The position numbers were made by a program, and so were the translations under genes. The notes beneath the pieces were generated by a model. That model was not told the DNA's origin. It was given only the letters and a program-made list of their open reading frames with translations, and searched no databases. DNA of 63,279 nt, counting the filler, from Asterionella formosa (lineage: Eukaryota), in assembly GCA_002256025.1 (NCBI GenBank). It is 14 parts of 14 records of this genome, joined end to end, with 100 filler letters (N's around TTAATTAATTAA, not from the genome) between each part and the next. Parts side by side here need not be neighbours in the genome. Positions count along the whole stretch, not along the records: positions 22,758 to 24,149 come from NKIB01002661.1; positions 24,250 to 25,641 come from NKIB01002662.1; positions 25,742 to 27,133 come from NKIB01002663.1; positions 27,234 to 28,624 come from NKIB01002664.1; positions 28,725 to 30,115 come from NKIB01002665.1; positions 30,216 to 31,606 come from NKIB01002666.1; positions 31,707 to 33,097 come from NKIB01002667.1; positions 33,198 to 55,827 come from NKIB01002668.1; 6 more parts are not named here. One strand, given 5' to 3'. Of the stretch, positions 22,758 through 36,498 are shown piece after piece. Position 1 is the stretch's first letter. Each line of letters begins with the position of its first letter.

Positions 22758-24149
22758 TTTTACCAAGCATCTGAGATGCGTGACTGGATACTATTGGATA
22801 ATCAATCAAGTGTCACAGTCTTTTGCAATCCAAAAATGGTTAATAACATTCGAATGTCAACCAACGGAAGCATGCACCTGGCCACAAATGGTGGATCCAT
22901 GGTAACTAATATGAAGGCTGATCTTCCAGAATGGGGAGAAGTATGGTTTAATGAAAAGGCTATCACAAACATCTTCAGTTATGCCGAAATGGCGGATAGG
23001 TACAGAATTACCTACGACTCTGAGAAAGAAGATGCATTCATTGTTCATTTGCCTGACAAAACAGTTCGATTTGAAAGAATTGGGATGAACTTATGTTTTC
23101 AAGCCAACTACAAGAATTAGAGCGGAGAATGCTCAAATGTTAATTACACTTGAAGAAAACAAAACATTTTACACTGAACGTCAATTTCAGAGAGCTAAGC
23201 GAGCTCGTGATCTATTTCATGCCTTGGGTACACCATCAATCAATGATTTCAAGGCAATAATTCGTATGAATACGATCAACAATAATCCAGTGACTACCGA
23301 TGATATCAAAATTGCAGAGAAAATTTTTGGACCTGACATCGGAACACTAAAAGGCAAGACAACTCGTCGCAAGCCACTGCCAGTTGTGAACGACTACATC
23401 GAGATTCCTAAGGAGCTTATCCAAGCTCAACGCGAAGTGACTCTTTGCATGCATGGAATGAAAGTCAATGGACAATCATTTCTCACAACAATTTCTCGAA
23501 ACATTATGTATAGGACAGCGCAATGGGTCAAGAATCAGACAGCTGAAGTCTATCGAGATGCTTTGATTCAAGTATTCCGTGTTTATAATACCGGAGGATT
23601 TAAAATTACAACAATCCACTGTGACAACGAGTTTCGACCTTTGATGGAACAAATTTCCAATGAATTTCAAGTCACTATGAACTACGCAAACCCACAAGAA
23701 CATGTTCCCGAAGCGGAGCGAAATAATCGAGTGATTAAAGAACGCGTGCGCGCAGCATATCATCGATTACCTTTCAAACATTTGCCGCGACTGATGATTA
23801 AGATTCTAGTGACAGAATCTGCAAGGAAACTGAATTTCTTTCCGGCAAAGAACGGGATATCCCCGTATTACAGTCCTCGTATGATTTTACATCAACGAAA
23901 CCTGGACTATGCTCGACATTGCCAGTATACATTTGGCACTTATGTCCAAGCACATGAAGAACCTGTGTTTTCAAACACAAATGCACCTCGCAGCCTAGAT
24001 TGCATTTATCTACGCTACAATGACAATGTGCAAGGAGGTCATGAATTGTTACACCTACCTAAAAATTCATTGATCACTAGACGAACAATTACTCCTCTAC
24101 CACTTACCCCAGCAATCATGAATCAAGTACACGCCCTTGCTGTGCAGGA
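22758..24149 (+). mobile_element. Copia-type pol fragment (protease-integrase), degenerate
   Basis: Protease motif WILLDNQS; integrase motifs IHCDNEF and EHVPEAERNNRVIKER, then FGTYVQAH. The frame changes near 23090 (MNL / YVFKP). The first DDE aspartate position appears to read H (LCMHGM). Confidence 0.88.
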
Positions 24150-24249
24150 NNNNNNNNNNNNNNNNNNNNNNNNNNNNNNNNNNNNNNNNNNNNTTAATTA
24201 ATTAANNNNNNNNNNNNNNNNNNNNNNNNNNNNNNNNNNNNNNNNNNNN

Positions 24250-25518
24250 ATTGGTTTGGATTGAAATGCGATGCAAATAGAAGCCAGGTCATTTCGATAG
24301 ATTTGACTAACAATACCTTAATGGGGTTTATTCCCCCGGAAATTGGTCTCTTGTCAAGTTTAGGTAAGTTAACATACCCGGCAAGAGATTAAAAAATCAT
24401 TGAAGATCGCTCGCTAATGAAATGAGTCATATCATTTTACGACAAAGAATCTATTGATTTTTCGAGAAATGACATAGAAGGATCACTACCAAGTGAATTG
24501 GGTCTATTGACAAGTGTTACATATATGTCTGTATCTATTAATAAGCTTACCGGCCCAATTCCATTGGAGCTTGGACAGTTGACAAAACTATCAGCATTGT
24601 ATATCAACTATAATTACTTCACTGGTTCTATTCCTACAGGGGTTGGCAATTTGACAAATCTCATTGATTTCAGAGCAAATTCCAACCGTCTCTTTGGCAC
24701 ACTTCCTACAGAGATTGGATACCTGAGAGGTCTAACAACATTGTATGTACTGGAAAACCAGTTGACTGGTCCACTTCCTTCAGAAATTGGCTATTTGACA
24801 AATCTCATTGATTTTAGAGCAAATTCCAACCGTCTCTTTGGCACAGTTCCTATAGAGATTGGATTCTTGACAGGTCTAACATTATTAGTTCTTTGGGAAA
24901 ACCAGTTGACTGGTGCACTTCCGACAGAAATTGGCAATTTGAAAAATGTTGCTCTATTTGATGCAAGCTTAAACTATTTCAATGGAACACTTCCTTCAGA
25001 AATTGGACTCTTGACAAGTCTAACATTATTGCATCTATTTAATAATCAGTTGACTGGTGCACTTCCAACAGAAATGGGCAATTTGACAAGCATTGCAGAT
25101 TTTCAAGCAAGCACAAACCATTTCAATGGAACACTTCCTGCAGAGATTGGATACTTGACAAATCTAACGGAATTGTATCTATATGATAATCAGTTGACTG
25201 GTTTACTTCCTACAGAGATTGGATTCTTGAAAATTCTCAATGATTTCCAGATTCATTCCAATATGTTAACTGGTGCAATTCCCACAGAAATTGGTCTCAT
25301 GTCTTCATTGAGTAAGTTTTGTTTATCTGAAACTTACATTTTATGACCATTTGTTCTAAAATTTCACTTTCTTGACAGCCACATTATCTTTTGGAAAGAA
25401 CAATTTTACAGGGCCAGTTCCAACAGAAGCATGTAATATTGCAAAAATACAGAGCATTTATGTTTGCCCACCACTGATTTGCAAATGTGGTAGCCACTGT
25501 TTCACGTATTGTTTTTAA
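24250..25518 (+). CDS. Plant-type leucine-rich-repeat protein, 5' partial; exons to 24363, 24448-25311 and 25379-25518
   Basis: 24-aa LxxLxLxxNxLxGxLPxEIG repeats, GT-AG introns in frame, and a Cys-rich C-cap (CPPLICKC...C). Confidence 0.9.
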
Positions 25519-27233
25519 TCATTTTTTGCTCTGATGATTTGTGTAGATGCATACTCAATTTATATCTTAAGGCGGCCAGAATTCCATGATAGTAGTAAAA
25601 TACCAAGCATCTGCTGGTATTAATTCGATTCATTTATATAANNNNNNNNNNNNNNNNNNNNNNNNNNNNNNNNNNNNNNNNNNNNTTAATTAATTAANNN
25701 NNNNNNNNNNNNNNNNNNNNNNNNNNNNNNNNNNNNNNNNNCTTTTTATAATTCATTACAAATAGCAATTCATGCGCTAACAATTCCGAACAAAGACGAA
25801 GGAGAATAGGAGAGGAGATCCGCCCACAACAAGCAACAGCAAACAGTATCAAGCAACAAAAGGCAAGAAAACATTGCACTTGCTTACCATGTATATTATT
25901 GTGTCCCCTTTGCACCAGAGGAATCGCTTCGGCAATGCGAAAAACAAATGATTGATAGCCTGCCTGACACAGAGCACGACACATTTCATTCTTCCCAAGG
26001 TTCAACCCTGCCCTGCCAAAAACATTTTGATTGTCCGTAGGAAAAGAACAAGGTTCACAGAGTAAGTTCATGACTTGACCACTGTTCCAATTCCAAACGG
26101 AACAAGAAAGAGGAAGAACGAAATTGAGGTAGAGGAACTACAACAACAATCAAACATAGTTCAGAGCACAAGTCGAAGAACACGATGATGCAGAGCAACA
26201 AGAGGAAGAACAACAACAATCTAACACATGACCTGTCTCCATTTTCCAAAATATTAACTGCTTACCATATATTTCTCGAACTTTCAGATGCATCCTTTCT
26301 GTACTACTGACAAGGAATAACAAAATAATTGCCTGTCTGTTTCTTCCAGAACCGGCCCGCAACAGAGTCCTCGTTGCTTTTCTGGAAGTGAAGAACATGA
26401 TTCACAGAGTAAGATCATACTAGTAGCAGAATAAACTCACACAAGACCTTTTTGTATTTCTTAACAAACAATGCATATTCAGTTCAAACGGAGGGCAAAG
26501 AACAATCAAGAGAAGGGTATACAGCCACAGTAACCAGAATGCACCAACAGCCAGCTCCTTGTTTCCAACAATAAGATCCAAAGGGATAACAGCAGAAACA
26601 ACAGATAGCGACAACGTCAATGACAACGACAACAATAAAAACAACCACAATGCATAATGCATTTTACCACGAAAGTGATAATTTGTTTCTTCACCACGTT
26701 CTAGCCAGTAGCTGTTTTCCATTAAAAGAAACCTGGCGCGGACAGTCCTCCTCCTATACCTTTGCTTTGTACTAGCCATGTGTACATTCTACATAACAAA
26801 AAGCTGGCGCGCAGTCTATGCTTTGTCAGTATACTTTTTGGCGAGCAATGCAGACCTCACGAAAATCTGACGAACATGGTGAATCGTCACGATTTTCAAC
26901 GTTGTGATTTGCAAAAGGTGAGTACCAGCAGTAATGCCGCTAGATTGCACTACATAGGATGTCTGAATTAATTCAACTATTTTTCCCACCTTTTCGGAGC
27001 GTCTTTAAGCAAAACTACCGCTACAATGAAGACTCCAACAGGGAAAATATCTAGCTGTAGCAAATCTATCGAATATGCGAATTTTTTTACACAGAAATAG
27101 CTGTTGCATGTATTCGCGTTCATCTGATGATCANNNNNNNNNNNNNNNNNNNNNNNNNNNNNNNNNNNNNNNNNNNNTTAATTAATTAANNNNNNNNNNN
27201 NNNNNNNNNNNNNNNNNNNNNNNNNNNNNNNNN

Positions 27234-27297
27234 CTGGTGCCAGCACGCAGAGAAGCGAGAGCAGAATGATTGGGAATCGCATATTCTTTCTCGCCAT
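27234..27297 (-). CDS. Possible 5' end of a secreted protein, cut by the contig end
   Basis: MARKNMRFPIILLSLLCVLAP looks like a signal peptide and is divergent from MRI1. Confidence 0.35.
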
Positions 27298-28285
27298 CTT
27301 GCAGCGAAGTACGAAGTCAAGCAAAAGTGCGAATGGGAGTATACTGTAGGACCGAGTAGCCGCGAAGATCTCATGCATTCTCTTTTGCTGACTGATGGAG
27401 TCATCACCGCCCTTTGTGGATGTATTAGTATACCGGTATTCTTGTGAGTGATGACGTCGACTTTGTTTGACTTGGTCGAGTCGAATCCTGCGCACGCACG
27501 ACTGGCATGTAGGTTTTTAAAAATATGTTCACAAGCAACATCACAAATTATACATATTGTCGTAGAGTTACAATTTTGATTACCGGTATACCAACGAATT
27601 CTCAATGGAAGCAAAAGCTTTTGTTTTTTAGCGATTTGGGCAAAGGATTCATCCCAAGCTTTCAGCACCAGATCATAATGTCATCATCCTTTTCAACAAC
27701 TGTGAATCATTTAGTGTCATAGTAGCAGGTAATTGTAATACCCGGTAGTGAATTAGTTGTCTTTCTCATCTGATTTAGCTTCTGCAAATGGTACTTGACC
27801 ATAGGTTTTGTAAGCCAAGTCAGTGTGTAGCCGCCTTAGATATTGCACCATAAGGCAGTTTGTTGCCATAGTTATTTGTCTTTAAAGGATGCTTTCTAAT
27901 TCCATAACAATATTATTTAAAATAAGCGATACTATAGTCTTATCCAAAGAATTAGGGTTGAGGCTGTTTTCTTGCTGTACATAGGTTTCATTGTTGATGA
28001 TGAGATGATCTCGATTCGCTTCATTTTGTGGTGCTTCGGAACACTTATAGGGATAAGGATAATAATATGTAGCAGATCTACGTGGGCTAGCAATACCGTT
28101 ACCGTAGTCTACCTATACACATGTGACATGTATACATAGGTCCTCTACGTACTAGACTGACTACTTACTACCGATTCTGTATATTCGTCCCCGTTTCGTA
28201 CGGCTAGCAGACTACTAAGTACCAGTACCGGAAGAGCCATACAAGGTGCACTTCTATATCACAATACCGGTATTTGTCAACCACC

Positions 28286-28624
28286 ATGACGACAAATCTT
28301 CAGTCTCTCAAGTATTCCAACCAGAGCGGCACCAAGCCAACGTTGGCTGTCCTCGATCAGCTTTTAATTCCGCATGAAAAATGCTACGTTGATATCCCTG
28401 ACGTCGAAGCGGCATGGTCGGTGATCCGTACGATGCAAATCAGAGGTGAGATTCGTCGCGACGGATAGAAGTCCGTCTGAACCGTACAATATCCTTGAGT
28501 CGTGAACCACTTGGATTCAAATTTCATGCTCAAAAAACGATTGTTGAACTCTCCTTAGGTGCTCCTCTGATCGCCATGGTGGCTTGTTTGGGCCTCTCCG
28601 TCGACCTCAACTCAAACGCATCCA
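28286..28624 (+). CDS. MRI1: Methylthioribose-1-phosphate isomerase, 3' truncated; intron 28446-28558
   Basis: The spliced sequence LQSLKY...VLDQLLIPHE...AWSVIRTMQIR-GAPLIA matches the MRI1/MtnA N-terminus. Confidence 0.9.
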
Positions 28625-28724
28625 NNNNNNNNNNNNNNNNNNNNNNNNNNNNNNNNNNNNNNNNNNNNTTAATTAATTAANNNNNNNNNNNNNNNNNNNN
28701 NNNNNNNNNNNNNNNNNNNNNNNN

Positions 28725-29158
28725 ACTTGCAACTCTTGCAATACGAAGTTGGCCAGTATTATAGAACCCACCATGATTATATCGAGCATCAAGTAACACG
28801 TCAGCAAGGAGTCCGGTTATTGACAGTTTTCCTTTACTTGAATGATGTTGAAGCTGGTGGGGGGACCAACTTTCCCGCTTTGGATATTACTGGTACGTTA
28901 TTCCTGCTCCATTAAGCAAGCATATAACGTTCATTCCCTGGACAACCATTCTCATCCTTCCCTTTTTTCTATCACTTAGTCATGCCGAAGAAGGGGCGCG
29001 CTCTCGTTTGGCCTTCGGTTAAGAATGAATATCCAGATGAAAAGGATGGGAGAACAACTCATCAAGCCTTGAAGGTAGAGGCTGGAATCAAGTATGGAGC
29101 TAATGCATGGCTTCATCAACGTGATTTCAAAGGACCAAACAAAAGTGGTTGTCAGTAG
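28725..29158 (+). CDS. P4H: Prolyl 4-hydroxylase-type 2OG-Fe(II) oxygenase, 5' truncated; intron 28893-28979
   Basis: QLLQYEVGQYYRTHHDY (HxD), RLLTVFLYLNDVEAGGGTNFP, then the spliced VMPKKGRALVW...THQA...GIKYGANAWLH. Confidence 0.9.
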
Positions 29159-30021
29159 ATAGACCAATGAGTTTCGCCAACTTAAGATATGTATGACCAT
29201 GGAATATGAATTTGTTGTTTCTATGGATATTTGGCTCATGGTGGATTATTTTTGGCGAAGGGTGCCACTTACTGACTATTATTCTCCCAGTTTGATCATT
29301 ACGTGCTGAACAGATCATATCCCAGTATTTTTTGCATCCTGACACTTGGGAAACAGCACTTTTTAGCTATGTGGTTTTTCTCGCCCCTCTTTCCAACATC
29401 ATTATAAGCAAAGCATTTTTTATTTCTTAAGTGCGTTTTACCGTGGTTGCACGTGGAGCACCGTGCTCCACGTGCACATTACTTTTTGTTATAGATAGGA
29501 TTTGGATGTCAGGGCAATAGCATTTCAAAAATTGACGAACCGAACTAAATATTGCTAAATATACATTTTCTTTCCTTCTCCACCATGCAAGGGAAAATTG
29601 CCCCTCATCCATTTTAGCCAAGCTTACAATTTTCACTTCCTGAAAAATGAAACTGGTGGTAACCAATTCTAGAGGTGTCCGGTTCGTGTGAGGCAGGTCT
29701 CATATGGAAAGTGGTTGTACGACCAATTTTAATAATCATTTCATAACAAAATTTAGCTGTCGTGCGTTTCGAAAACATTGTCGTCACATAGGGGCAATAA
29801 TATTTTATTAGCCTAAATGCAAACCACCTTAACACTCAAATTCATCCGCATCAATTACGGTATACTCTTCTCTGATCGCCAACCAGTACCGGTGTACCAG
29901 TATACCGCTATGTGTGGGTGAGTAACTAAGACATAAGCAACAATGATCACCTGTACAAAAATGGAGTTTCTGGAATGGTATGACACTACAAAAAGCTACT
30001 AATACCATTACTCCCGGTACC

Positions 30022-30115
30022 ATGATGCTTCGCATTGCTGCCGTCCTCATGGCACTTGTTGCTCTTGCCATCGCACAGGACAACGAGCAAACCTGTCTAG
30101 CCGACGGAACCCAGT
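30022..30115 (+). CDS. 5' end of a secreted protein (possibly a tandem P4H paralogue), truncated
   Basis: The signal peptide MMLRIAAVLMALVALAIA-QD runs into the spacer. The paralogy is a guess. Confidence 0.5.
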
Positions 30116-31706
30116 NNNNNNNNNNNNNNNNNNNNNNNNNNNNNNNNNNNNNNNNNNNNTTAATTAATTAANNNNNNNNNNNNNNNNNNNNNNNNNNNNN
30201 NNNNNNNNNNNNNNNTGCCGCTGTAGCCCAACTGTTGCACTGCACTTATTTTGGTTGCATATCTTCTTCCTCTGAACGGTAAGCTGCACTTTTCCGTACC
30301 TTGCCAAGATACCCCCTCATCGTCAAAATTATGCCCAGTTGGTTTTGTTGTTCTATTGCCTTTAATTTCCTTCATTTCATTGGTTCCCAAGTTCCTGGGT
30401 CGAAGATGATTTTAAGTTTCTCCTTTCGTTGTGATAGCTAGTATGTGTTTTATGTACTGTAGCCATGCAGATGAGACGCAGTTTCCCACCTGAACTTGCT
30501 GCACTCTGGAGGACATTGCTGATAATCTTGTCTCCCGCTCCTTGTACCTATTCTTTTGACTTTGATACTCGATAAGATGTTCATTTGTTTCCCTATGTCC
30601 ACACATAGGACAATTTTCATTTCCTTGGAAAATAAACTTCCTTCAGGCTCCTGTGGGGAGCCATCCATGTAGGTATTTTGTGAGAAATATTTTGTACGTG
30701 TGTGTCTGATTTTTGTATGCTTATGCAAGATTTTCCCAATCCGCTAATGTTGCTTTCGAGTTTCCATGTTTTCCAACAAAATAGATGTTGTAGTTTCTTA
30801 ACTTTATACTCTGTCTCATCCGCTCTGCTGTCGAAGTGTGTATACGCTGTTTATTTATAATAAGACTTGCTTGCATTGGATAAAAAAGCGAAATGCGGAA
30901 ACGAGCAATATGAAAAAGAAATTGTAATCAGAATCATTCTATAACAATAAATATGTGGATAGCAGTCTGTTACATTTTCGTATCTCCTTCTATGCTGAAT
31001 CAGAATAATTGATGTAGTATCATGTGAGAATTGAAAATATCAACAAGAACAAGTATCAACAAGAACAAGTAGAATTTGTTTGTTTACAAGTTGATTTGCC
31101 AGATTGTCATGCTGCTGGTGGTCGACGAAATGGATTTACTATTTGTGCTGTGTGCGGAACCATTCCGAGTTCGAATGATTTCTTCTCTGTAAACTCTTAA
31201 TTGAATGATTAAGAACATAGTAGGTTCACTGCACATGACGATTACTTAAAGATATAATGTTCACTTGACCAACATTTGAAGATGTTATCGCAAACAATCA
31301 TTCCACTTGTCATCGCTAGTATTTCGTTGTTGTTGCAAAAATCGGAGTGATGAAGGATGGAAATGATGAGTCAAATTACATTACTTTAGCTGGTATATTC
31401 TCCTACCAAGAAATTCGAATACAGGTATCTAATAGAAAAAATACATATAATAATTAAATATACATGGTCAAAAGGGTTACTATTTAAATTGCAAGGACAT
31501 TAATCAAAATTATTAGACGATATAACGAAAAATTATGATCAGATGATCACAATCATATGATGCATCATGGAAATATGATAATTTTATTTGCAGACGAGGG
31601 TATTGCNNNNNNNNNNNNNNNNNNNNNNNNNNNNNNNNNNNNNNNNNNNNTTAATTAATTAANNNNNNNNNNNNNNNNNNNNNNNNNNNNNNNNNNNNNN
31701 NNNNNN

Positions 31707-32632
31707 AGTGTCATTCTGAACTCGCCGACTATTCCATTGTTTAATCGGTTTTATTGTCCTATGCAGTTACAGTAACAATGAGAAGGAATGACTTGTTAGC
31801 TAGACATGTTACACTGACACAAGCAACATCACGCCATTCCATCATATCCTCTTGTTTGCGTCACTTACCACAAATCAAAGCAAATGATGCATAAGTCTGT
31901 AATAGTAAATTGTCAGTAAATTCTTGAATAAGTAAGTTTCAGTTTTCCAATGTTATCGAGTAAAAAAAACCGATTCATTTTCGTTAGCTTAACTTTGAGA
32001 GAAGGTAAACATGGCGTGTCCGTCAGATATGTTCCATCAGAAGTGAATAAGTCCAACAACAAGACGAGCACTTACCAATTTTGTTTTGTTTTACATTGGT
32101 GCTCCCCAACAAGCGAAACGAGCTGTTGAATCAACTGAGAAAAAAGGAAATGTGCGTTTAGTTTACAATTGGTTGCTGTCCTGACTCCCAACAATTGTCA
32201 TCCAAGTACCACATTGATGGCTTTATTACCTTAAACATACTCCATCCTTCGAAGGCGCAATGTGTCGAAAGCCACAATGTTTTTCGTTACGTAAACTTTC
32301 CTTTCTTGTCATGTGCTTTGCTCCGATATTTCTTTTCATGAAGCAGGCATTGTTTGTTAACATGACAGAACGGTTCAAATATATCTGCCATGGATATAGT
32401 TATAAAATTTGTAAATATATAAATATATCAAGTGTCGTACATTTATAAAATTCAAAGGCACTCTCAATATGGAATGTCTGGTATTGTTGAGATGATCATA
32501 TTTGCATATACATAATTCGAAAATATTCAATGCACTATATGTCCATTGTTTTCCACGGCTATGCGTACCGGTATTGTTTTTGAAATTTATTTGCATCAAT
32601 ATTTTCTAGTACGTCCGTTGGAACTAGTTATT
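31707..32632. repeat. Dispersed non-coding repeat of at least 0.93 kb; second copy inverted at 60399-61342
   Basis: Colinear reverse-complement similarity, e.g. ACATTGGTGCTCCCCAACAAGCGAAACGAGCTGTTGAATCAACTGAG and GTGTCATTCTGAAC. Confidence 0.88.
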
Positions 32633-32824
32633 CAGACCATTCAATTGGTGTAAGTCATAACCCATTTGTATCATTATTTATATGCAAGGATTTTGCTAGC
32701 AAATTGTTTAACCCCATTTTTTAGGGCGAAAGCTCTTCATGTGTACCGGTACATCATATGACAATATCATTTTATCATATATATATACAGAGTACCAGTA
32801 GTAGGTAAGAAGTGGTATACTGGG

Positions 32825-33097
32825 GGTAGTTAGAGTACCAGGTAGTAATCAAGCAACAGATCACCATATGTTCAGGACTATTGCTACTGCAGTGGGACAG
32901 TAAATCATCATAGTTTCAGGATCGTATGATTGTAAAACTGAAAGAGGGTAGTCGGAGTAATAAGCAAGCAACAGAGCACCATATGTTCATGACTGCTGCT
33001 ACTGCAGCGGGACAGTAAATCATCATAGTTTCAGGATCATATGATTGTAAAACTGAAAGAGGGTAGTCTGAGTAGTAAGCGAGCAACAGAACACCAT
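32825..33097. repeat. 115-bp tandem repeat, more than 2 units, cut by the contig end
   Basis: (A/G)AGCAACAGA.CACCAT recurs at 32851, 32966 and 33081. Confidence 0.88.
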
Positions 33098-35063
33098 NNN
33101 NNNNNNNNNNNNNNNNNNNNNNNNNNNNNNNNNNNNNNNNNTTAATTAATTAANNNNNNNNNNNNNNNNNNNNNNNNNNNNNNNNNNNNNNNNNNNNCAT
33201 CACTATGACTTTCTTGTTGAGACTGTTATGGTGGGACTGAGCATTTGAGTGTATTACAACGCTCATCCAGTCAGACAAGACGATATCTGTGAGTCATCTT
33301 TTGTAGCAGTAGGTGAACAAGCAAAGAATCTGCTGGACTGAAGATATATGTGTTAGCCATATCACAGGATTTACTGAAATCAATAAACAAGCTTCCCCTG
33401 AGCGTCAATTGATCATATCTTTGCTGTAAGACTCCAAATGTTGACCTGGCTTGTAAGGATACACAAAGAAGTTTGAATCTTGATGTTTAGTATGTTGTTA
33501 TCCTTCATCAATGGGACCACTGGAACTTGAGAGGACATCAACAATATTAATTCTAATTGGACTCTTTTTGAATTCAAAGTGAAGTATCTAACTAGAAGTA
33601 GTAGTATTTGTTGAATATATGAGCTTATTTGTTAATCCTTGTGTGTAACTCGTTCTCCAAGTCGACACCAAAGTATACAATGAGGGTTAGTCGAGTTCTC
33701 TCATTATTGAGTTCTGATACATATATGATATAACACTAACCCTATATACATCTGTATTGATGCGCAAGATCGCTCACCAGGTACTGTATATGGGACCAGG
33801 ATCCAGATCCAGGCAGCATTAATTACCCGTGCCCTCTCTAATACACGTATCTAAGAGGAGTGTACCGGAACGGCTCGTGAATCAACGCCAGGCAAATAGA
33901 AGGAACAGGCACGGCGGCACTCTGAGTACATACATAACTGTTAGCTTCATGTACCAGCAGGAGTGGTGTGCTGGTGATGCAACCGTACATTTGCTTGCTT
34001 TGTGGTTCTTCTACGACAAAGCAAAATGAACAGCGAAGGCAAAAAAAGGCTGGATAGTAATAATATTTACCATACATACGAGCCAACGTGGTTTGCAGGT
34101 GTACAAGATTGTTTGCACGGCCGAAAGAAGCAATCGGTTGTTACCCTGTAATGACATAAAATGCGGTACCAGGTACCGATTTACAAAGTTACCACCCCAC
34201 TAGTGCGCACCAGTAATGCACTATTTGTGTGCACTCCCGATAGCTATAACACTCGCAAACCGTATTCATTCATGTGAATATGTTTGTATTTTGAAAAAAC
34301 GTGAACTGGACAAAAACCAGACTATGAAGAATTGGCAAAGTGCGTATGCGCACTTTAGTCATACCGTTATACATTTACATACATAGATAAAATCGTACGT
34401 AGTACCCTGGTACAAGTAAAAAATAAACGAGTCAGCCCGACGACATCACTTCCAAATTGTCAGGATTGCTAAACAAGAATGACATACCGGGAGACATTCT
34501 TCATTATCCTGCCACAATACGAGCGGGTATTACGACTCCTGCTATCTGCCTGGTACTGCAATATGAGGTGCACATCAGCCAGTTGGAAAGCATAAAGGAC
34601 ATCGATGGCACCAGTCATTAACAGGACCGGGTACCAGGTACCAGGTAACCAGGGTACCCCGAGGAAATACCTACTGAAGAACCGGTACTTGGTCCAATGA
34701 CCCTCTGACCCTCTACTTTTGGAGTCACCGTAGGGGTTTATCATTCAATATTGTATTGTGAGCAAGCTCAAGGTACTTATGTCCAAGTGGCATTGCGAAA
34801 AGGGATTGCCAGCTCGCGGCGGCATTCATTCCAGTGTTACTAAGTGTGAGTAACAAAAGAATTTTAACAGGCATTGATACATCGAAGAGCGTGATAACAG
34901 CAAGTTCCTTGTTGCTCTGTAGATACATAAATTTTGCTGCGACGCAAAACCCCATTCCCTCTTTTGTTGCCATCTTGTGTCGTGAACCACAGTTACAGCA
35001 CTGAAGAAAGTGATATTGCTCTACTCTGCTCTCTCTCTCTCTCGCCCTTGCACATCATCACGT

Positions 35064-36498
35064 ATGATGAACAATAATAATGACATGCCGATCAGCTTGA
35101 GCGAAATTTTGGCTTCGTTTGGCTCGAACAACAATACATTAAATTCGTTGCACGAAGATGAGCAAGTGTTGTCATCAGGTACGTTGACGCCTGACTGTTC
35201 CGTATTTTCGGGCCTACATAAAACACACTATCATATGTACTGAGTCGCTGGGAGAATTTCTACGGTGCGTTTGTACTGCAGATAAGTCGCAGCGAGCAAA
35301 TTACCCCATGACCCCATTATGTACCTGTACTGCGATTGATTCTACACAGGTACCGGTAGTGTTCTGATCGGGACCTGATTCATTCTTTTGCTAACGGAAC
35401 TGTCAAACTGCATCCCCAACAGTCTATCCCAGCAGCGTCTCGAACAATCATAGCTGTCAAGGCAATATGGGCGACTTGTACAACCACTGCAGCAACTTTC
35501 ATAACAACGGAAACGGCATCACCACCACCGCCACCACAAACAACAACAACAATAACAACAACAGCAATCTGTTGGGCAACTACCACACGAACAGCAATGG
35601 CCTCGAAATGAACAACAACAACAACCTTGGACTATCCAGCGACCCACAAGAACTGATGTGGGCGCGCACAGTGTTACTGAACCATCAGCGAGAGCTTGCC
35701 ATGTCCATGCCGTCGCAAACGCTCGCTGGGAGGAAGTTCGACCCCTTTGACGATAACATGTCGGTCCATTCTTCCGCGAGCAGCAAGAAGAAGCCAGTAG
35801 AATCGTTCCCGGAGAAACTACACCGCATGCTGGAAGACGCAGAGATGGAAGGAAACTCGCACATTGTCGGCTTTTTCGCTCAAGGCAGGGCCTTTGCGGT
35901 GCATGACTCAGACACCTTTGTCAGGGCCATTATGCCCAGATACTTCACCACCTCCCGCTTTTCAAGCTTCCAGCGTCAGCTCAATCTATATGGATTTCGT
36001 AGGATCGTCGAACGCAACATGAGTGGCTTCTGCCATGAACACTTTTTACAAGGACAAAAGGAAATGGCCATTCTCATAACGAGGAAGAAGCAACGCGTTC
36101 CGGGGGGAGCAGACGATGACGCCATCACGGCAAGGCGATTGGAAGAACGGATGAACGCCAAGGGGGATGAATATTCGGTCATTAGCTTTGGATCAGCCAG
36201 TCATGGGTCCTCTTCAACCAGTGCGAGCTCGCAGCGAATGAGCATGGCAGATGCTCGACAGCAGATGGCCGATATGCGTTCATTGTTGGCATCCACCCAG
36301 CAGCATGCTGCCTCCATGCCTCCTCCAGTCCCTCGTCAACCAGACATTCCTCAGCAAAACTTTTCAACTGCTGCAATGGGATTTGGGCACATGGAGCCTA
36401 CCAACATTCCTACAAGTACTAATGCTCAAAATCATCTGCAAGATATGAGATCTTTATTACAACTTCAAGCTCAAATGCAATCAGGGACATTGAAATAA
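35064..36498 (+). CDS. HSF: HSF transcription factor, Asn-rich N-terminus; exons 35064-35178 and 35423-36498
   Basis: The DBD reads FPEKLHRML...GRAFAVHD...MPRYFTTSRFSSFQRQLNLYGFRR...HEHF. A phase-compatible GT-AG intron 35179-35422 has a CTAAC branch site. The first exon is less certain. Confidence 0.88.
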
